Of a stretch of 64,000 nucleotides of DNA, positions 60,135 through 64,000 are shown piece by piece. Every line of letters begins with the position of its first letter. Within the stretch, counting starts at the first letter, position 1. The notes beneath the pieces were generated by a model. It worked only from the letters and a program-made list of their open reading frames with translations. It ran no database searches and was not told the DNA's origin. Where the stretch lies: the NCBI GenBank assembly GCA_030390025.1, contig CM059431.1, positions 142,726,001 to 142,790,000 on the forward strand. The letters run 5' to 3'. Both the position numbers and the translations under genes were made by a program. Origin of the DNA: Squalus acanthias. Taxonomy: Eukaryota.

Positions 60135-61369
60135 TGCAGAAGTTCCACCGTTCGTGTGTCAGGTCCAGGGCAGGTTATCTGGGGTAATGTGTGCACTGGG
60201 AGAGGGACAGACTGTGAATGTACATAACTTCCACTGTTACTGTATCAGACCGTGGACAGTTTATATGGTGTCCTGTGTTCACTGGGCGAGGGACATTCTG
60301 TGAAAAGAGAGAAGTTACACCGCTAGGTTGTCAGGTCCTGTGTGTCTTTCTAATCATCTAATCACAGGAAGAATGCTATTGCAATGGTGAAGGTGCAGAG
60401 AAATACAAGATGATTATGGCACAATTAATGCGGTGTTAGATCAGTTTCACTTGAAATAAGACATTGGATATTGAATTATTGATCTGAATTTCGAACGGAA
60501 TTCACATAATTAATGCCGAAATGAGAAAAATAATGATCACAATTAATTATGAGACGCCAGGAGTAAGAAGGGAAATCAGGGTAATCGTTTTCACCAAAGT
60601 GTAATAGAGTGGGAGATCAGTTACCAGGGAGGACACTATGGGGCAGTGTAATTGGGAACAAGAGACAATTGGTTGTGTTTCTGTGGATAGACTGAGAGGA
60701 GGGGCAGGTGGGTTCATCTCTAACAGGGACAGACTTGTTTGGACCAAAGTGGCCTTTTGTTCCCCTAAATATCCTCCTGTTGTGATTCAAAAACTGAACA
60801 GTTTTCAGTAATTTTACACTTATATTATTTTTATGTAAGTCTCATCTGATAACCGATCAGAATCAGAAATAGAACTATCGCCCACTCCACTCAGTATTAT
60901 GTCAGGGAAGAAAAGATTGAGAGTTCATTTCAACAGTTACGATCATTAAATTCCATCGTTTCATTTGGATACGAGTTTCCTACAATGTAGTTTTGAAAAT
61001 TACGCATATGTTTCTGATAATCAGTAAATTGGGAATCAAAATCCTCCTGAATGAAAGGGGGCTTCTTCAGTACAACAAGCCCCTCTGTGCCTAGTTTGAA
61101 TGATTCACTGCCAGTGGGAATCGGTCCAATCAGTTTCTAATCACGCATAACATGTCCTTTATCACATGTTCCTCCTCGGTTAATGTTTGATTGAGTGAAC
61201 GTCTGTACATCTTCTCAGATTGGATTGAACACGATCGGATATTTCATGACATGATGTACAACGGTGATACTTAACGGTTTCCCATTTCTCGGCCACTATT
61301 CCGACAGTTTATGCTGGAATAGAAGCGCCAGTAGCACAGTAACTTCCACATCAGGCTCAAGGTCCTGTG

Positions 61370-64000
61370 TGTCACAGGGTATAATGATCCTGCCAGGTGT
61401 GTATGGGGTTTCACAGTGTATCAGGATCCTGCCAGGTGTGTATGGGGTTTCAGTGTATCAGGATCCTGCCAGGTGTGTATGGGGTTTCAGTGTATCAGGA
61501 TCCTGCCAGGTGTGTATGGGGTTTCACAGTGTATCAGGATCCTGCCAGGTGTGTATGGGGTTTCAAAGTGCATCAGGATCCTGCCAGGTGTGTCTGGGGT
61601 TTCACAGTGTATCAGGATCCTGCCAGGTGTGTATGGGGTTTCACAGTGTATCAGGATCATACCAGGTGTGTATGGGGTTTCACAGTGTATCAGGATCCTG
61701 CCAGATGTGTATGGGGTTTCGCAGTGTATCAGGATCCTGCCAGGTGTGTATGGAGTTTCGCAGTGTATCATGATCCTGCCAGGTGTGTATGGGGTTTCGC
61801 AGTGTATCAGGATCCTGCCAGGTGTGTATGGGGTTTCACAGTGTATCAGGATCCTGCCAGGTGTGTATGGAGTTTCACAGTGTATCAGGATCCTGCCAGG
61901 TGTGTATGGGGTTTCACAGTGTATCAGGATCCTGCCAGGTGTGTATGAGATTTCACAGTGTATCAGGACCTTCCAGGTCTGTATGGAGTTTCACAGTGTA
62001 TCAGGATCCTGCCAGGTGTGTATGGGGTTTCACAGTGTATCAGGATCCTGCCAGGTCTGTATGGAGTTTCACAGTGTATCAGGATCCTGCCAGGTGTGTA
62101 TGGGGTTTCACAGTGTATCAGGATCCTGCCAGGTGTGTATGGGGTTTCACAGTGTATCAGGATCCTGCCAGGTGTGTATGGGGTTTCACAGTGTATCAGG
62201 ATCCTGCCAGGTGTGTATGGGATCGCACAGTGTATAAGGATCCTGCCAGGTGTGTATGGGGTTTCACAGTGTATCAGGATCCTGCCAGGTGTGTATGGGG
62301 TTTCAGTGTATCAGGATCCTGCCAGGTGTGTATGGGGTTTCAGTGTATCAGGATCCTGCCAGGTGTGTATGGGGTTTCACAGTGTATCAGGATCCTGCCA
62401 GGTGTGTATGGGGTTTCACAGTGTATCAGGATCCTGCCAGGTGTGTATGGGGTTTCACAGTGTATCAGGATCCTGCCAGGTGTGTAGGGGTTTCACAGTG
62501 TATCAGGATCCTGCCAGGTGTGTATGGGGTTTCACAGTGTATCAGGATCCTGCCAGGTGTGTATGGAGTTTCACAGTGTATCAGGATCCTGCCAGGTGTG
62601 TATGGGTTTCACAGTGTATCAGGATCCTGCCAGGTGTGTATGGAGTTTCACAGTGTATCAGGATCCTGCCAGGTGTGTATGGGGTTTCACAGTGTATCAG
62701 GATCCTGCCAGGTCTGTATGGAGTTTCACAGTGTATCAGGATCCTGCCAGGTGTGTATGGGGTTTCACAGTGTATCAGGATCCTGCCAGCTGTGTGTATG
62801 GAGTTTCACAGTGTATCAGGGATCCTGCCAGGTGTGTATGGGGTTTCACAGTGTATCAGGATCCTGCCAGGTGTGTATGAGATTTCACAGTGTATCAGGA
62901 CCTTCCAGGTCTGTATGGAGTTTCAGTGTATCAGGATCCTGCCAGGTGTGTATGGGGTTTCACAGTGTATCAGGATCCTGCCAGGTGTGTATGGGATTGC
63001 ACAGTGTATAATGATCCTGCCAGGTGTGTATGGGATTTCACAGTGTATCAGGATCCTGCCAGGTGTGTATGGGGTTTCAGTGTATCAGGATCCTGCCAGG
63101 TGTGTATGGGGTTTCAGTGTATCAGGATCCTGCCAGATGTGTATGGGGTTTCACAGTGTATCAGGATCTGCCAGGTGTGTATGGGGTTTCACAGTGTATC
63201 AGGATCATACCAGGTGTGTATGGGGTTCCGCAGTGTATCAGGATCCTGCCAGGTGTGTATAGGGTTTTGCAGTGTATCAGGATCTTGCCAGGTGTGTATG
63301 GAGTTTCGCAGTGTATCAGGATCCTGCCAGGTGTGTATGGGGTTTCACAGTGTATCAGGATCCTGCCAGGTGTGTAGGGGTTTCACAGTGTATCAGGATC
63401 CTGCCAGCTGTGTGTATGGAGTTTCACAGTGTATCAGGGATCCTGCCAGGTGTGTATGGGGTTTCACAGTGTATCAGGACCTTCCAGGTCTGTATGGAGT
63501 TTCACAGTGTATCAGGATCCTGCCAGGTGTGTATGGGGTTTCACAGTGTATCAGGATCCTGCCAGGTGTGTATGGGGTTTCACAGTGTATCAGGATCCTG
63601 CCAGCTGTGTGTATGGAGTTTCACAGTGTATCAGGATCCTGCCAGGTGTGTATGAGATTTCACAGTGTATCAGGATCCTGCCAGGTCTGTATGGAGTTTC
63701 ACAGTGTATCAGGATCCTGCCAGGTGTGTATGGGGTTTCACAGTGTATCAGGATCCTGCCAGGTCTGTATGGAGTTTCACAGTGTATCAGGATCCTGCCA
63801 GGTGTGTATGGCGTTTCACAGTGTATCAGGATCCTGCCAGGTGTGTATGGGGTTTCACAGTGTATCAGGATCCTGCCAGGTGTGTATGGGGTTTCACAGT
63901 GTATCAGGATCCTGCCAGGTGTGTATGGAGTTTTAGTGTATCAGGATCCTGCCAGGTGTGCATGGGGTTTCGCAGTGTATCAGGATCCTGCCAGGTGTGT
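61370..64000. repeat. Satellite, 39-bp unit GTGTATGGGGTTTCACAGTGTATCAGGATCCTGCCAGGT with 37-bp variants, running off the window
   Basis: Directly visible; gives 13-aa periodic spurious ORFs. Confidence 0.98.

Noticed and set aside
61264..63936. Long ORFs up to 434 aa
   Set aside because: Translations of the 39-bp satellite in all three frames; no sign of a gene.

Overview
Repeat-rich eukaryotic genomic DNA, most likely cartilaginous fish (inferred from the CR1, Penelope and Deu-SINE repeat set and the GPR139-like and NLRC3-like gene types). Host genes: (i) a two-exon class A GPCR of the GPR139/GPR142-like type (3664-3733 + 6400-7331, about 333 aa); (ii) a pseudogenised tandem duplicate of it (~19990-20890); (iii) a minus-strand NLR gene with one large NACHT exon carrying a 1-nt frameshift, three 168-171 bp LRR exons and a terminal exon; its N-terminal exons were not located. 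The rest is CR1 LINEs (one with an uninterrupted ORF2, one full length), a Ty3/Gypsy provirus nested in a CR1 that is nested in another CR1, Penelope relics with hammerhead motifs, PIF/Harbinger relics and MITEs, L2/SINE fragments, a tRNA-Leu pseudogene and several minisatellites. Top observation: three CR1 copies end ORF1 in a T-TTA-AAC slippery heptamer followed by the stop. In two of them the -1 frame runs into the ORF2 endonuclease with no upstream AUG, suggesting an ORF1-ORF2 fusion made by -1 ribosomal frameshifting. Also notable are loss of both disulfide cysteines in the intact GPCR and a perfect 175-bp palindrome centred on a hammerhead core. All calls are by eye; no database searches were run.
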